NCBI GenBank assembly: GCA_963558405.1
Contig: CAUWGC010000005.1
Coordinates: 833-64,832 of the forward strand
Direction of reading: 5' to 3'
Source: an uncultured Clostridia bacterium
Lineage (GTDB): Bacteria > Bacillota > Clostridia > TANB77 > CAG-508
DNA: 64,000 nt
The notes below the pieces were generated by a model, which saw only the letters and a list, made by a program, of their open reading frames with translations, was not told where the DNA came from and did no database searches. This document shows, in pieces, positions 51,658-61,311 of this stretch. Positions within the stretch are counted from its first letter, which is position 1. Every line of letters starts with the position of its first letter. The translations under genes were made by a program, and so were the position numbers.

Positions 51658-51692
51658 GAGAATCACCTCCCGGATATTTTTTACAATAAAAA

Positions 51693-51725
51693 AATATCAC
51701 TTATACGTGCTTGTATAAGTGATAT
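51693..51725 (-). terminator. Rho-independent terminator downstream of the response-regulator gene
   Basis: ATATCACTTATAC-gtgcttg-GTATAAGTGATAT perfect 13-bp hairpin followed by TTTTTTTATTG on the minus strand. Confidence 0.5.
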
Positions 51726-51775
51726 TGGGAAGTGCAATTTTGTTACATTTTTTTATTTTTTATTCTATAAAATGA

Positions 51776-52600
51776 CTATATCTCCTTTTTTATTTTATCT
51801 GCATAGTAATATATTAATTCTGTTGGGGTTGGTACGCCTGTTTCGTAGTTTATTCTTGCTGTATAGTATTTGGTTAAATCTTCTATTGCTGATATTCTCC
51901 ATGCATGAAGTATTGCATTTTGCATTGCTCTACTTATTGTACTATTTGATTTTTTATATTTACCTACTAAATATTGTATTATTGATATTTTATTGTATTT
52001 TTCTTCATTTTTTATAATAAAGAAAATAGAGTCAAATAAGTATTTTCTTCCTTGCAAGTGTGAACTTATTCCTATTAATTCTAATTCTTTATTTATCTTT
52101 TCTGCTATTATGTCATCTTTATTATCTATATCAGTTTCAATTTCTGTAACTGTATTACTTGTTTCATATTCTCTTAATAGAACAATGGTATCTATTATTT
52201 TGTTTTGTGAGTAGTTTGTTTGTTTTTTATAAAAGATAAAATCTATTTTATTTCTATGACAAAAATTATATACAGAGTCTGAATACACATTTGTTGTTAC
52301 AACAATGTTAGGAATTTTATTTAATTTTAGCTTTTTGAATTTCTCTATAAAGTCAAATCCACTACCTTCTCCATCTGTTAATTCTAAATCTAAAATAATA
52401 GCATCTGGTTTATATTTATTAACACATTCTATAGCTTTTATTGAAGAGTTTGTAATTGCTACTAAATTAAAATCGTTTCTTTTTTGACTAAGATTTTTAT
52501 AAATATTACATTCGTTTACATCATCTTCTATTAGTAAAATATTTATTGGATTGCTATTCATATTTTTACCACCTTTTGTATTTTTGTCATATTTTATCAT
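51776..52600 (-). CDS. Response regulator with receiver domain and Spo0A-type C-terminal DNA-binding domain (Spo0A paralogue). Probable true start at 52561 (MNSNPINILLIEDD, RBS AAAGGTGG)
   Basis: REC motifs ILLIEDD ... DAIILDLELTDGEG. C-terminus ISSHLQGRKYLFDSI...SRAMQNAILHAWRIS...TPTELIYYYADKIK aligns with the remembered Spo0A C-terminal signature (GYLYLREAI...SRVERAIRHAIEVAWSRG...KPTNSEFIAMVADKLR). Confidence 0.75.
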   Translation of the reverse strand: MIKYDKNTKGGKNMNSNPINILLIEDDVNECNIYKNLSQKRNDFNLVAITNSSIKAIECVNKYKPDAIILDLELTDGEGSGFDFIEKFKKLKLNKIPNIVVTTNVYSDSVYNFCHRNKIDFIFYKKQTNYSQNKIIDTIVLLREYETSNTVTEIETDIDNKDDIIAEKINKELELIGISSHLQGRKYLFDSIFFIIKNEEKYNKISIIQYLVGKYKKSNSTISRAMQNAILHAWRISAIEDLTKYYTARINYETGVPTPTELIYYYADKIKKEI

Positions 52601-52708
52601 ATTTTGTAATTGTTTTCCATGTTTTATGCAGTAATATTATTCACTTCTGGAGTTATTTGATTATTTAAAATATATTTATATTTGTTTGTAGAAATAGGAG
52701 TTTTGTTA

Positions 52709-53023
52709 ATGAAAAAAGCAATTGGAAAAAGAATTAAAGAAATTAGAGAAAATATGGGAATGACTAAAGAAAGTTTTGCAAAGGAACTTGGAATATCTGG
52801 TCAATATTTAGGAATTGTAGAACATGGAAAAAGTTATTTATCCATTGAAAAGCTAAAAGTTCTTTGTGACTTTACAAATTTATCTGCAGATTATATTTTG
52901 TTTGGAAGAGATAATAATCTTATTAGTGATATGCAAAAAATATTATCTGAATTTTCTCCTGAGCAAATAGAAATTGGTTGTGATACCCTTAAAAAATTAG
53001 CACTTTTTATAAAAAATCAATAA
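52709..53023 (+). CDS. XRE-family helix-turn-helix transcriptional regulator
   Basis: MKKAIGKRIKEIRENMGMTKESFAKELGISGQYLGIVEHGK; ATG at 52709 with AGGAG 8 nt upstream. The ORF-track start at 52682 is a TTG. Confidence 0.8.
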   Translation: MKKAIGKRIKEIRENMGMTKESFAKELGISGQYLGIVEHGKSYLSIEKLKVLCDFTNLSADYILFGRDNNLISDMQKILSEFSPEQIEIGCDTLKKLALFIKNQ

Positions 53024-53059
53024 TTTCGAAAGTAATAGTTTGTTTTGAAAATATTATAT

Positions 53060-53088
53060 TGACACTCACTACTCCTTTTGGTAAAATA
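53060..53088 (+). promoter_or_regulatory. Sigma-A-like promoter TTGACA-N17-TAAAAT with TG extension
   Basis: attgacactcactactccttttggtaaaat seen directly. Lies inside the ORF-track call 53059..53424, whose listed start is a TTG. Confidence 0.4.
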
Positions 53089-53115
53089 TGGTATAAAATA
53101 CAATATTTTGCAAAA

Positions 53116-53424
53116 ATGAGTAATTTTATGTTGAAAAAAATACAGAATTTTTTGTTTTGTTTTAAAAAATCCAATAGTATAACAAATATAAACCCTACAA
53201 GTAGTACTAATATTTTAGAATTGCAAACTCAAATAGATACATGGAAAAAAAATGCTAATGAAATACAGTCATCTTTTGATTTTGATATTCCCAATTATAT
53301 ATTAGATGAACTTATTAAAAAAAGAAAACACTTAAATTGTAGTCATGATAATCTTTATTATTTATTAAATTGTGCTGTTATGAATGGTAAATTATCTAGA
53401 ACTAATGCAAATAAAATAAAATAA
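53116..53424 (+). CDS. Hypothetical small protein (start uncertain)
   Basis: Open frame followed by a strong terminator; first ATG after the candidate promoter at 53116; no good SD. Confidence 0.35.
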   Translation: MSNFMLKKIQNFLFCFKKSNSITNINPTSSTNILELQTQIDTWKKNANEIQSSFDFDIPNYILDELIKKRKHLNCSHDNLYYLLNCAVMNGKLSRTNANKIK

Positions 53425-53446
53425 AAAAAGCATGTTAATTATTAAT

Positions 53447-53486
53447 AAAAGTTTTGTATAAATTACAAAACTTTTATTATTTTTAC
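53447..53486 (+). terminator. Rho-independent terminator
   Basis: AAAAGTTTTGTA-taaat-TACAAAACTTTT perfect 12-bp hairpin followed by ATTATTTTT. Confidence 0.6.
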
Positions 53487-53488
53487 GC

Positions 53489-53515
53489 TTGAATATTATG
53501 AAATTTTGGTATAAT
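53489..53515 (+). promoter_or_regulatory. Candidate promoter for mgtA (TTGAAT -35, TGgTATAAT extended -10; 15-nt spacer)
   Basis: cgcTTGAATattatgaaattttggTATAATc. Confidence 0.35.
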
Positions 53516-53554
53516 CTTATAAAGAAATTTATTTTACGAATGGAGATGTTTTTT

Positions 53555-56161
53555 ATGCAATCAGAAAAAGAAGAAGTAAATGTTAAAGCTTTGTATGGTA
53601 ATGAATGTATTTTACCCAAAGAAGATTTCTTGAAAAAATATAATGTAACTGAATCAGGTTTAACAACTAATCAAGCCCAAAATAACATTTACAAGTATGG
53701 TTTAAACGAAGTTAGTCAAGCCAAACCTAAAAAATGGTATCATTATTTTTTAAATAGTCTTTTTAGCCCTTTTAATAGTATTTTACTTGGTATTGTTGCT
53801 ATTTTGTTTTATACAGATGTTTATCTTTCGGCTACACCAAGTTATGCAAATATCATAGTAATAGCAATTTTAGTTACAGCAAGTACTTTGCTAGAATTTT
53901 TTGAAGAATACCGCTCTAACAAAGCTGCTGAAAAATTAAAAGAACTTGTAGCTACAACTACTACTGTTTTAAGAGATGGTAAGAAAATTCAAATTCCTAT
54001 AAAACAAGTAACTATAGGCGATATTGTATTTCTTTCTGCTGGTAGTATGATTCCTGCTGACCTACGTATTATAGAAGCTAAAGATTTGTATGTTGGTCAA
54101 TCATCTTTAACTGGTGAATCAGATGCTGTACAAAAAGTTGTAAACTCTGAACTTAGTGAAAATCAATTAGATTCACTTTCTGATTTGGATACTATTTGTT
54201 TTATGGGAACAAATGTTATTAGTGGTACTGCCAAAGGAGTTGTTATTAAAATTGCAGACAATACTTACTTTGGTAAAGTTGCTCATACTTTAAGTAATGG
54301 TAAACCTAAATCTGCTTTTCAACAAAATATAGAAAGTATTAGTAAATTATTAATTCGCTTTATGCTTATATTAACTCCTATTGTTTTTATTATTAATGTA
54401 TGGAAACATAGTTCTGTAACCGCATTTACATTTGCAGTTGCAATTGCAATATGTATTACTCCCCTTTTATTACCTGTTATTTTATCTTCTAGTCTTTCAA
54501 AAGGTGCTGTAAAAATGTCTAAAAAGAAAACTATTGTTAAAAAATTAGATTCTATTCAAAATTTTGGCGCTATGAATATTTTATGTACAGATAAAACCGG
54601 AACTTTAACTGAAGATAAAATTGTTTTAGAAAAATATATGGATATTTACGGTAACGAAAATCTACGTGTTTTAAAACATGCTTTTTTAAATGCATATTTC
54701 CAAACCGGATTAAAAGGTAATATTGATGAGGCAGTTGTTTCAAGAGCATTAGAAAATAATATGGAAGAATATATTAGTAAATATAAGTTAATTGATGAAG
54801 TACCTTTTGACTTTTCGCGTAGACGTTTATCTGTTATTGTATCTGACGGCAATAAAAAACAGTTAATTACAAAAGGAGCAGTAGAAGAAATTTTAAGCAT
54901 ATGTACAATGGCAGATGATAATGGAAATGTTATTCCTCTTACAAGTACTTTAAAAGAAAACATAAAAAAAATATCTAAAAATTTAAACAAAGATGGATTA
55001 AGAGTTATTGCAGTTTGTCAAAAAAATGAAATATTAAATATTGAACATTTTTCTGTTGATGATGAAAAAAACATGGTTCTTTTAGGTTTTATTGGCTTCT
55101 TAGATCCACCAAAAGAAAGTGCAAAATCATCTATTGAAAAATTAAATAATTCAGGTATTCGTGTTGTTGTATTAACTGGTGATAATGCTGATATAACAAA
55201 ATGGATTTGTAATAAAGTTGGTATTAAATCCAAACGTATTGTGAGTGGTAACCAAATAGAAAAGCTTTCTGACTTAGCTCTTACAAGATTATTAAAAAAT
55301 ACCAACATTTTTGTAAAACTATCACCTATACAAAAAGCAAGAATTGTAAGAGTTTTAAAAGAATCAGGAAATGTAGTTGGATATATGGGAGATGGAATAA
55401 ATGATGCACCACCTCTTACAAACTCTGACGTAGGAATTTCTGTTGACACTGCCGTAGATATAGCCAAGGAATCTGCTGATATTATTTTATTAGAAAAAGA
55501 TTTACATGTTTTATTGGATGGTGTTACAGAAGGTAGAAAAACTTTTGGTAATTTAATGAAATATATAAAAATGGCAACAAGCTTTAATTTTGGAGAAGTT
55601 GTTTCTGTTATAATTGCTAGTGCATTTTTACCATTTTTACCAGAAACACCTATTCAGCTATTAGTAGAAGGTTTATTATACGATTTTGGGCAATTAACTT
55701 TACCTTTTGATAATGTAGATAAAGAATATTTACAAAAGCCTAGACAATTTAACCTAAAAAGTCTTAAACACTTTATGTTATTTATGGGACCTTTAAGTTC
55801 GTTTTTTGACTTAATTGTTTTTGCATCATTATGGTTTATATTTAATTTACGAGAAGCAGCTCTTTTCCAAACAATATGGTTCTCTTATAGCATAGTATCT
55901 AATCTTTTAGGTATGCATATTATAAGAACAGCTCATATTCCATTTATTCAAAGTAATGCTCATAAAGTAGTTTATTTTTCATCTATATTACTTAGTATTG
56001 TAGGTGTTATAGTTCCATTTACATGGCTTGGAAAAGTAATTGGATTAGTACCAATACCTTTTGAATATTTATCTATAATAATTATTGTTCCAATTTTATA
56101 CTGTATTGTAGCTATATTCGCTAAGAAAATTTATATTAAAAAATATGGTGAATGGATTTAG
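53555..56161 (+). CDS. mgtA: Magnesium-translocating P-type ATPase MgtA
   Basis: DKTGTLT phosphorylation site, MGDGINDAPPL hinge motif, 10 TM helices. The ORF-track start at 53489 lies inside the candidate promoter; ATG at 53555 (MQSEKEE) has GGAG upstream. Confidence 0.85.
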   Translation: MQSEKEEVNVKALYGNECILPKEDFLKKYNVTESGLTTNQAQNNIYKYGLNEVSQAKPKKWYHYFLNSLFSPFNSILLGIVAILFYTDVYLSATPSYANIIVIAILVTASTLLEFFEEYRSNKAAEKLKELVATTTTVLRDGKKIQIPIKQVTIGDIVFLSAGSMIPADLRIIEAKDLYVGQSSLTGESDAVQKVVNSELSENQLDSLSDLDTICFMGTNVISGTAKGVVIKIADNTYFGKVAHTLSNGKPKSAFQQNIESISKLLIRFMLILTPIVFIINVWKHSSVTAFTFAVAIAICITPLLLPVILSSSLSKGAVKMSKKKTIVKKLDSIQNFGAMNILCTDKTGTLTEDKIVLEKYMDIYGNENLRVLKHAFLNAYFQTGLKGNIDEAVVSRALENNMEEYISKYKLIDEVPFDFSRRRLSVIVSDGNKKQLITKGAVEEILSICTMADDNGNVIPLTSTLKENIKKISKNLNKDGLRVIAVCQKNEILNIEHFSVDDEKNMVLLGFIGFLDPPKESAKSSIEKLNNSGIRVVVLTGDNADITKWICNKVGIKSKRIVSGNQIEKLSDLALTRLLKNTNIFVKLSPIQKARIVRVLKESGNVVGYMGDGINDAPPLTNSDVGISVDTAVDIAKESADIILLEKDLHVLLDGVTEGRKTFGNLMKYIKMATSFNFGEVVSVIIASAFLPFLPETPIQLLVEGLLYDFGQLTLPFDNVDKEYLQKPRQFNLKSLKHFMLFMGPLSSFFDLIVFASLWFIFNLREAALFQTIWFSYSIVSNLLGMHIIRTAHIPFIQSNAHKVVYFSSILLSIVGVIVPFTWLGKVIGLVPIPFEYLSIIIIVPILYCIVAIFAKKIYIKKYGEWI

Positions 56162-56288
56162 TTTTTTGTTATGTAAACATTATTGCTTTCTTTACTTGTA
56201 TATTTTTATTTAAAATGTTATAATGATGCTACTTCTTATTTTAGAAGATTTCACTCACACTACTAAATTTATTAAAGGAGGAATATTC

Positions 56289-56705
56289 ATGAGTGGAAAT
56301 TATCGTTGTTCAATATGTGGAAAAAAGCATGTCAAACTATGGCGGCCATTTGATGGAACAAAACTTATCTGTGCTAGATGTGCAGAAAGAAAACAGGTAC
56401 ATGACATACAGTATGTATATGTAATGAAAACATCAAGTGATGAAAGAAGTACAATTCCTAAAAAAGTCAAAGTATCAATTCCTAAATGGAAAATTGATGA
56501 AAATGGAAATATTCCTTTTTACTTTGATTCATCTTTTGGTGACATTGTCCATAACAAAACAAATAGTTTCTATGTAAAGTTGAATAATCGTCAAGCAACA
56601 TTGTTGGTACCAGCAATTTTAGTTGCTGAAGGAGTTTTCTTAGGTGGATTTATTTCTCCTAAAAATGAATTATATAGGAAGTGGCAAAATTTACCTACAA
56701 GGTAA
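56289..56705 (+). CDS. Hypothetical protein with N-terminal CxxC...CxxC zinc-ribbon
   Basis: ATG at 56289 preceded by AAAGGAGGAA; CSICGK...CARCAERK. Confidence 0.6.
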   Translation: MSGNYRCSICGKKHVKLWRPFDGTKLICARCAERKQVHDIQYVYVMKTSSDERSTIPKKVKVSIPKWKIDENGNIPFYFDSSFGDIVHNKTNSFYVKLNNRQATLLVPAILVAEGVFLGGFISPKNELYRKWQNLPTR

Positions 56706-56714
56706 AAACTAAAA

Positions 56715-56747
56715 ACAAGATGTTCTAAGTAGAACATCTTGTTTTTT
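56715..56747. terminator. Bidirectional Rho-independent terminator between convergent genes
   Basis: ACAAGATGTTCTA-agt-AGAACATCTTGT perfect 12-bp hairpin with A-run upstream and T-run downstream. Confidence 0.65.
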
Positions 56748-56757
56748 AGTAAATTAG

Positions 56758-57735
56758 TTACTTTACAATTTCATATAATTTTGAAATTTTTTCTTTTGCA
56801 CGGTATAGAATTGAATTAAAATCTTTTTTTATAATCTCTCCCTCTTTTCCTTGTATGGAAATACTATACTTATCAATTTCACTATTGTAAACAATTTTCA
56901 AGTCGTTAAAAATCATATATTCCCAACTTCCATTTTTGTTTACACTAAAAGTTTCTTTTCCTTCTGAAATTGTGTATTTTACAATTTTTCCATTTTCAAT
57001 TATAACTTCATAACAAGGTTGTAAAAATTCTATATATTGTGACAATTCCTTATTGTTTAGTTTTATAACTTTATGATAAGAAACTTTAACACTTATATAT
57101 GTCTTTTCTTTTAAATCTAGTATCTTTGATATTTCCTCAAATACAAGATTAGTGTCGGAAAAATCACATACTCCCAATAGATATTGTTTTAAATCTATTA
57201 GGTTTTGTAATCTTGTTTCTACGAGATAAGGGTCATCAACATATACCATAAATTCACTTTCGTCATTATTCAATTTTAAAGATAGACAAAAGCTATTTAT
57301 AGAATATTTACATTCTAATTTACAATTATTCCTTGTTATTGTTTGTTTTTCTAAAAACACATTAGGTCTTTCCGTGTTACATGTTTTTTCTACTATATAT
57401 TTTTTCTCTTCCTCACCTTCTTTTATTATAAAGTTGGGAAAATAATAAATATTATAGAAATTTAAGAAAACTTGTATTCTTCTATTTTTAGAAATCACAA
57501 CAAAAGAATTTTGCTGTTTATTTAACTCCTGAATTTGAACTGGTAAATCTATTTCCAGTTCTTTGATAATATCTTCGATATTTTCTAAGCTCCATCTAGA
57601 TTTTTTTATCCAGTCTGAAATAAACTCTTTTAATTCTTCTGTTTCATATGAGATTTGACTTTCTTTTATACTGTTATTTACAGTATATTTATCATCTTCT
57701 TTTTCCTTCCGTGAAAACAATCTTTTCAAAATCAT
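56758..57735 (-). CDS. Hypothetical cytoplasmic protein (325 aa)
   Basis: Long ORF; no motif recognised. Confidence 0.55.
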   Translation of the reverse strand: MILKRLFSRKEKEDDKYTVNNSIKESQISYETEELKEFISDWIKKSRWSLENIEDIIKELEIDLPVQIQELNKQQNSFVVISKNRRIQVFLNFYNIYYFPNFIIKEGEEEKKYIVEKTCNTERPNVFLEKQTITRNNCKLECKYSINSFCLSLKLNNDESEFMVYVDDPYLVETRLQNLIDLKQYLLGVCDFSDTNLVFEEISKILDLKEKTYISVKVSYHKVIKLNNKELSQYIEFLQPCYEVIIENGKIVKYTISEGKETFSVNKNGSWEYMIFNDLKIVYNSEIDKYSISIQGKEGEIIKKDFNSILYRAKEKISKLYEIVK

Positions 57736-57873
57736 AAATTACCCCTCCTGTATTTAACATTAAGAAGTTTATAAACTATATATCCTATTATTTAGGATAG
57801 TTTTTTTATTATAGCATTTATTTATTTAATAAGCAATAAAACTGAAGAAATTATTTTCTTCAGTTTTAATATG

Positions 57874-58776
57874 TTATTTTTCTTTATTTTGTATTCTATT
57901 TTTTATTAATTCTAATCCTAAAATTAGCAAACCACCAATAACAAAAAATACTATACTAAATGTTGAAAAACTAATTGCTGCTTGTGGTACTGGTAAAGTT
58001 GTTGGTCCCATTATAATAGCATAAATTGATCCTAACATTAATCCTAATATACAATAAATTGTTTGGCTTCTATATTTTTCTAGTGCTATTTTTATTAATC
58101 TTATAATAAGAATTACACCTGCTATCACACCAAATCCAAATACAAATAAAACTGGCATGTAACTTAAATTAAAATGTAAAAATTCTTTTATTGCAGTTAT
58201 TATTGGGATATATAATCCAAATATTAAAAGTAATGTTGAACCAGATATTCCTGGTAATATCATTGCTGATATTGCAATCATTGCAGCAATAAAAATATAT
58301 ACACATAATCCAAAGTTCAAACTACTTATATCTACATTAGTACTTGAACCAGATACTGGATTTAACAATGATATAGAAACAACAACTATTATTCCTATTA
58401 TAGCAAATACTATATTTTTATATTTTCCCTTTAAACTATCTTTTTCTTCTTTTATTATAAGTGGTATTGCAAATAAAATAAATCCTATAAATAGTGAGCT
58501 TATTTGATATATATGCTTTTCAAAAACACTGGCTAATACCAATGATGCTAATGCCATTCCAATTGCCCAGCCTATTCCTAGCTTAAAAAGATATTTAAAA
58601 GCATCAATTCTTTCTTCTTTACTTCCTTTTATTAGGTTATTTAATGAATTTATAAATTTATCATAAAATCCTAAAATAAAGGCAACAGTTCCTCCGGAAA
58701 CCCCTGGTACACTGTCTGCTAATGCCATACAAAATCCATTAAATGCATTTGTTAATATTTCTTTTAATTTTTTCAT
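57874..58776 (-). CDS. DUF368-family membrane protein (PopT-like candidate undecaprenyl-phosphate translocase)
   Basis: Two copies of the PG(V/I)S(G/R)SG signature: DSVPGVSGGTVAFILG and ILPGISGSTLLLIFG. Confidence 0.7.
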   Translation of the reverse strand: MKKLKEILTNAFNGFCMALADSVPGVSGGTVAFILGFYDKFINSLNNLIKGSKEERIDAFKYLFKLGIGWAIGMALASLVLASVFEKHIYQISSLFIGFILFAIPLIIKEEKDSLKGKYKNIVFAIIGIIVVVSISLLNPVSGSSTNVDISSLNFGLCVYIFIAAMIAISAMILPGISGSTLLLIFGLYIPIITAIKEFLHFNLSYMPVLFVFGFGVIAGVILIIRLIKIALEKYRSQTIYCILGLMLGSIYAIIMGPTTLPVPQAAISFSTFSIVFFVIGGLLILGLELIKNRIQNKEK

Positions 58777-58812
58777 TTTAATCCTCCTAAAATTAATACT
58801 TTTTTACCATTT

Positions 58813-60276
58813 CTATTGTACATGATTTAAATCATATTCAAATATTTTTTGACCATCTGTAGTTGTTAGTTTTAAATAATATATTTTACCTTTAAAATTA
58901 TTAGCATCTTGCCAATAACTTTTTCCAATATAATTTTGTGTTCTATCTATACCTCTTATTGGCGTAATTGTCTTAAACATTTCACCTGAGCCATCTCCAC
59001 TTTTTTTATTTCCATTAATCATTATTTCAGAATAATATTTTGCCCAAAAGTTTGTATCCATGTTAATAGAAATATTAACTTTTTGGTTTACTGGAGTAGT
59101 ATTATCAGAATAGTTTGTATGATATACTAGTAATTCTTTTCCACCTTGCGCCTCAAATTTAATTTTATTATCAACCATTTGAATGATTATATGACTTTGA
59201 CCAACACCTGATGAACTTAATCCATTACCTAATGTTAATAATCCCATATTTGCATCTTTTTCTTCTATATTAACTATAGCTTCAATTTTCATTCCATTTT
59301 TCCAGCTAAAATTTCCACTTATAGTTGGGAGCTGTACAAAATCATCAATTCCATCAAGTTGAATTGCACAGTTATTTTCTTCATCTCTAATAATTTTAGC
59401 TCCACTAATCAATTTACCATGATAATTGTTTCCTGAATAATCAATAATATTATCGTTTAGGACCTCTATTTTTAACACCTTTTTGACTTTAATAGGCTTT
59501 TCTAAATTTATTTCTAATTCTACTGTCTCTGAACTCAAGCTTTTTCCATTTTTAACTTTTAATTGTAAATCCGCTTCTTTTATTTGCTTTTCTTTTCCTT
59601 TAATTGTCCCCTTATAATTTTCTTGAGTTAGATTAATATTTTCAATAACTACATCTAACGATGATTTTTCTTTATCTTTCAATTCAATTTCATATACTAT
59701 ATCTTCATATGTAATATCTTCATTTTGATAATTTTTTAATGTTAATTTAATACTGCTTTCCATACTTAAGTCTAATTTTATATTATCTTTATCTATATGT
59801 GATGTAAAATATAGATTTATTGGAATATCTCCTATTCCTTTTAATTCAGAAATAAATATTTCTTTAAATTCTTTATCTATATAAGTTAGCTTTTCACCTT
59901 TTAAGGAATAATAGTCACCCGCATCCGTTGTTCCATACCCTTTTTCTAATCCTCTTAAATTAAATTTTTCTAAATTTAATTTATAATCATATTCTATATA
60001 TCCTTCATTAAATAGTTGAGTAGTTGCATTAATTTTATTTTCTGAAGTTTCGTTATAATGTTTTACATAATTTGAATCTATTTTACCTATTACAGCTTCT
60101 TTAACTGTTGCATATTCGTTTTTTATTATTGCATCTTTTGTACGATAAAATAAAGACTCATCTCCTACTACTAAATTCATTATTGCCGATGATAAAATTA
60201 ATAAAATAACTATAGTTATTACAAGAGCAACCAATGTAATTCCTTTCATCTGTTCTTCTCTTTTTGTGATTTTCAT
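58813..60276 (-). CDS. Pilin-like N-terminus plus LamG (concanavalin-A-like) domain protein
   Basis: N-terminus MKGITLVALVITIVILLILSSAI resembles a type IV prepilin leader and hydrophobic helix, but position 5 is Ala rather than Glu. C-terminal NNYHGKLISGAKIIRDEENNCAIQLDGIDDFVQLP is LamG-like. Confidence 0.55.
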   Translation of the reverse strand: MKITKREEQMKGITLVALVITIVILLILSSAIMNLVVGDESLFYRTKDAIIKNEYATVKEAVIGKIDSNYVKHYNETSENKINATTQLFNEGYIEYDYKLNLEKFNLRGLEKGYGTTDAGDYYSLKGEKLTYIDKEFKEIFISELKGIGDIPINLYFTSHIDKDNIKLDLSMESSIKLTLKNYQNEDITYEDIVYEIELKDKEKSSLDVVIENINLTQENYKGTIKGKEKQIKEADLQLKVKNGKSLSSETVELEINLEKPIKVKKVLKIEVLNDNIIDYSGNNYHGKLISGAKIIRDEENNCAIQLDGIDDFVQLPTISGNFSWKNGMKIEAIVNIEEKDANMGLLTLGNGLSSSGVGQSHIIIQMVDNKIKFEAQGGKELLVYHTNYSDNTTPVNQKVNISINMDTNFWAKYYSEIMINGNKKSGDGSGEMFKTITPIRGIDRTQNYIGKSYWQDANNFKGKIYYLKLTTTDGQKIFEYDLNHVQ

Positions 60277-60452
60277 TTGTTTTCCCTTTCTCTTACATAT
60301 TTTTGTTAATTCCTACATATAATATAATTTTTGCGTTTAATAGTCAAGATAAATTTTATATTTTATTAAAATTTATCTAACCTCTTTATATCCTTTCATA
60401 ACAATAAAATTATATATTAAAAAGAACTACAATATAGTAGTTCTTTTGTTAA

Positions 60453-61124
60453 TTATTGGAATTTTGTTATATCATTTATTTTTCCTGCAAAATATGGATT
60501 GTTTTTTCCCTTTTCTATTAAAAATATTGCAAAAGTATCATCTAACGCAAATTCTCTAATTTCATCATCTCTTATTGCTGCTGTATTTTCTACTGACATT
60601 CCAGCTTCACTTTTTATTTTTCCTCCAGTTTTATCTAGTTCAAATTCTATAGTTTGAACGGCTTTTTCTATTTCATATTCATCTCCATTTGAAAAGAAAA
60701 AAGTTTTATTTTGCAATTCTGTAAATTCATTTTTTTCTTTTAGTTTTATATTTGGAATTTTTAATAATTCTCCTTCTTTAAAATATTTTTCTTTCTTATA
60801 ACTTGTAGCTTTGCTTAAAATATTTTGATATATCTGGTTAAAAGTATTACCTTCTGGTTTTTTACATAGTATAACTTCATCTTCTTGTTTTGTTTTTAAT
60901 TTTATGCCAAAGTCATCTTTTGAATTATAATATAAAACCTGAACTTGTTTTCTTATTTCTTCATTTTCACTATCCTTCTTTATTCCAAAGTAAGTTACAT
61001 TATCATAATTAGCAAATTTTCCTTTTTCTAATTCTTCAAATGTTTTTTCAAACTCAAATTCTTTTTTCAACATAGCATATAAAAAGTAATCTTTAGGATT
61101 ATTATTCCATTCAAAACTATCCAA
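60453..61124 (-). CDS. Protein with serpin-like C-terminal region. Frame is open upstream to 61330 with no ATG; the ORF-track start is a TTG
   Basis: C-terminus KAVQTIEFELDKTGG...FALDDTFAIFLIEKGKNNPYFAGKINDIT parallels the serpin hinge and C-terminal signature (KAVLTIDEKGTEAA...[24 protein letters not shown]). Upstream in-frame peptide contains DIIFSP. Confidence 0.45.
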   Translation of the reverse strand: MDSFEWNNNPKDYFLYAMLKKEFEFEKTFEELEKGKFANYDNVTYFGIKKDSENEEIRKQVQVLYYNSKDDFGIKLKTKQEDEVILCKKPEGNTFNQIYQNILSKATSYKKEKYFKEGELLKIPNIKLKEKNEFTELQNKTFFFSNGDEYEIEKAVQTIEFELDKTGGKIKSEAGMSVENTAAIRDDEIREFALDDTFAIFLIEKGKNNPYFAGKINDITKFQ

Positions 61125-61311
61125 TATATCACTTTTTTCATTAAATTTTTGTTTTATAGCTCTTTCAATTTCTTCTTTTAATTCAAGTGATGGTGTCCCA
61201 TATTTTTTGTAATAATATTTATCAGATAAGTCATTTACTGTAAAAGTTTCTTTATTTAAATTTTCTACTACCTTAAGTTGTGGTGAAAATATGATATCTT
61301 GTTTTGCTAAA

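Noticed and set aside
53059-53115. ORF-track start of the 121-aa plus ORF and the 53489 start of mgtA
   Set aside because: Both listed starts coincide with promoter-like elements rather than SD-preceded start codons (the 53059 one is a TTG), so downstream ATG starts were preferred.
53425-53554. Possible M-box Mg riboswitch upstream of mgtA
   Set aside because: Only about 70 nt separate the upstream terminator from the mgtA start, too short for an M-box. Only a promoter-like element was found.
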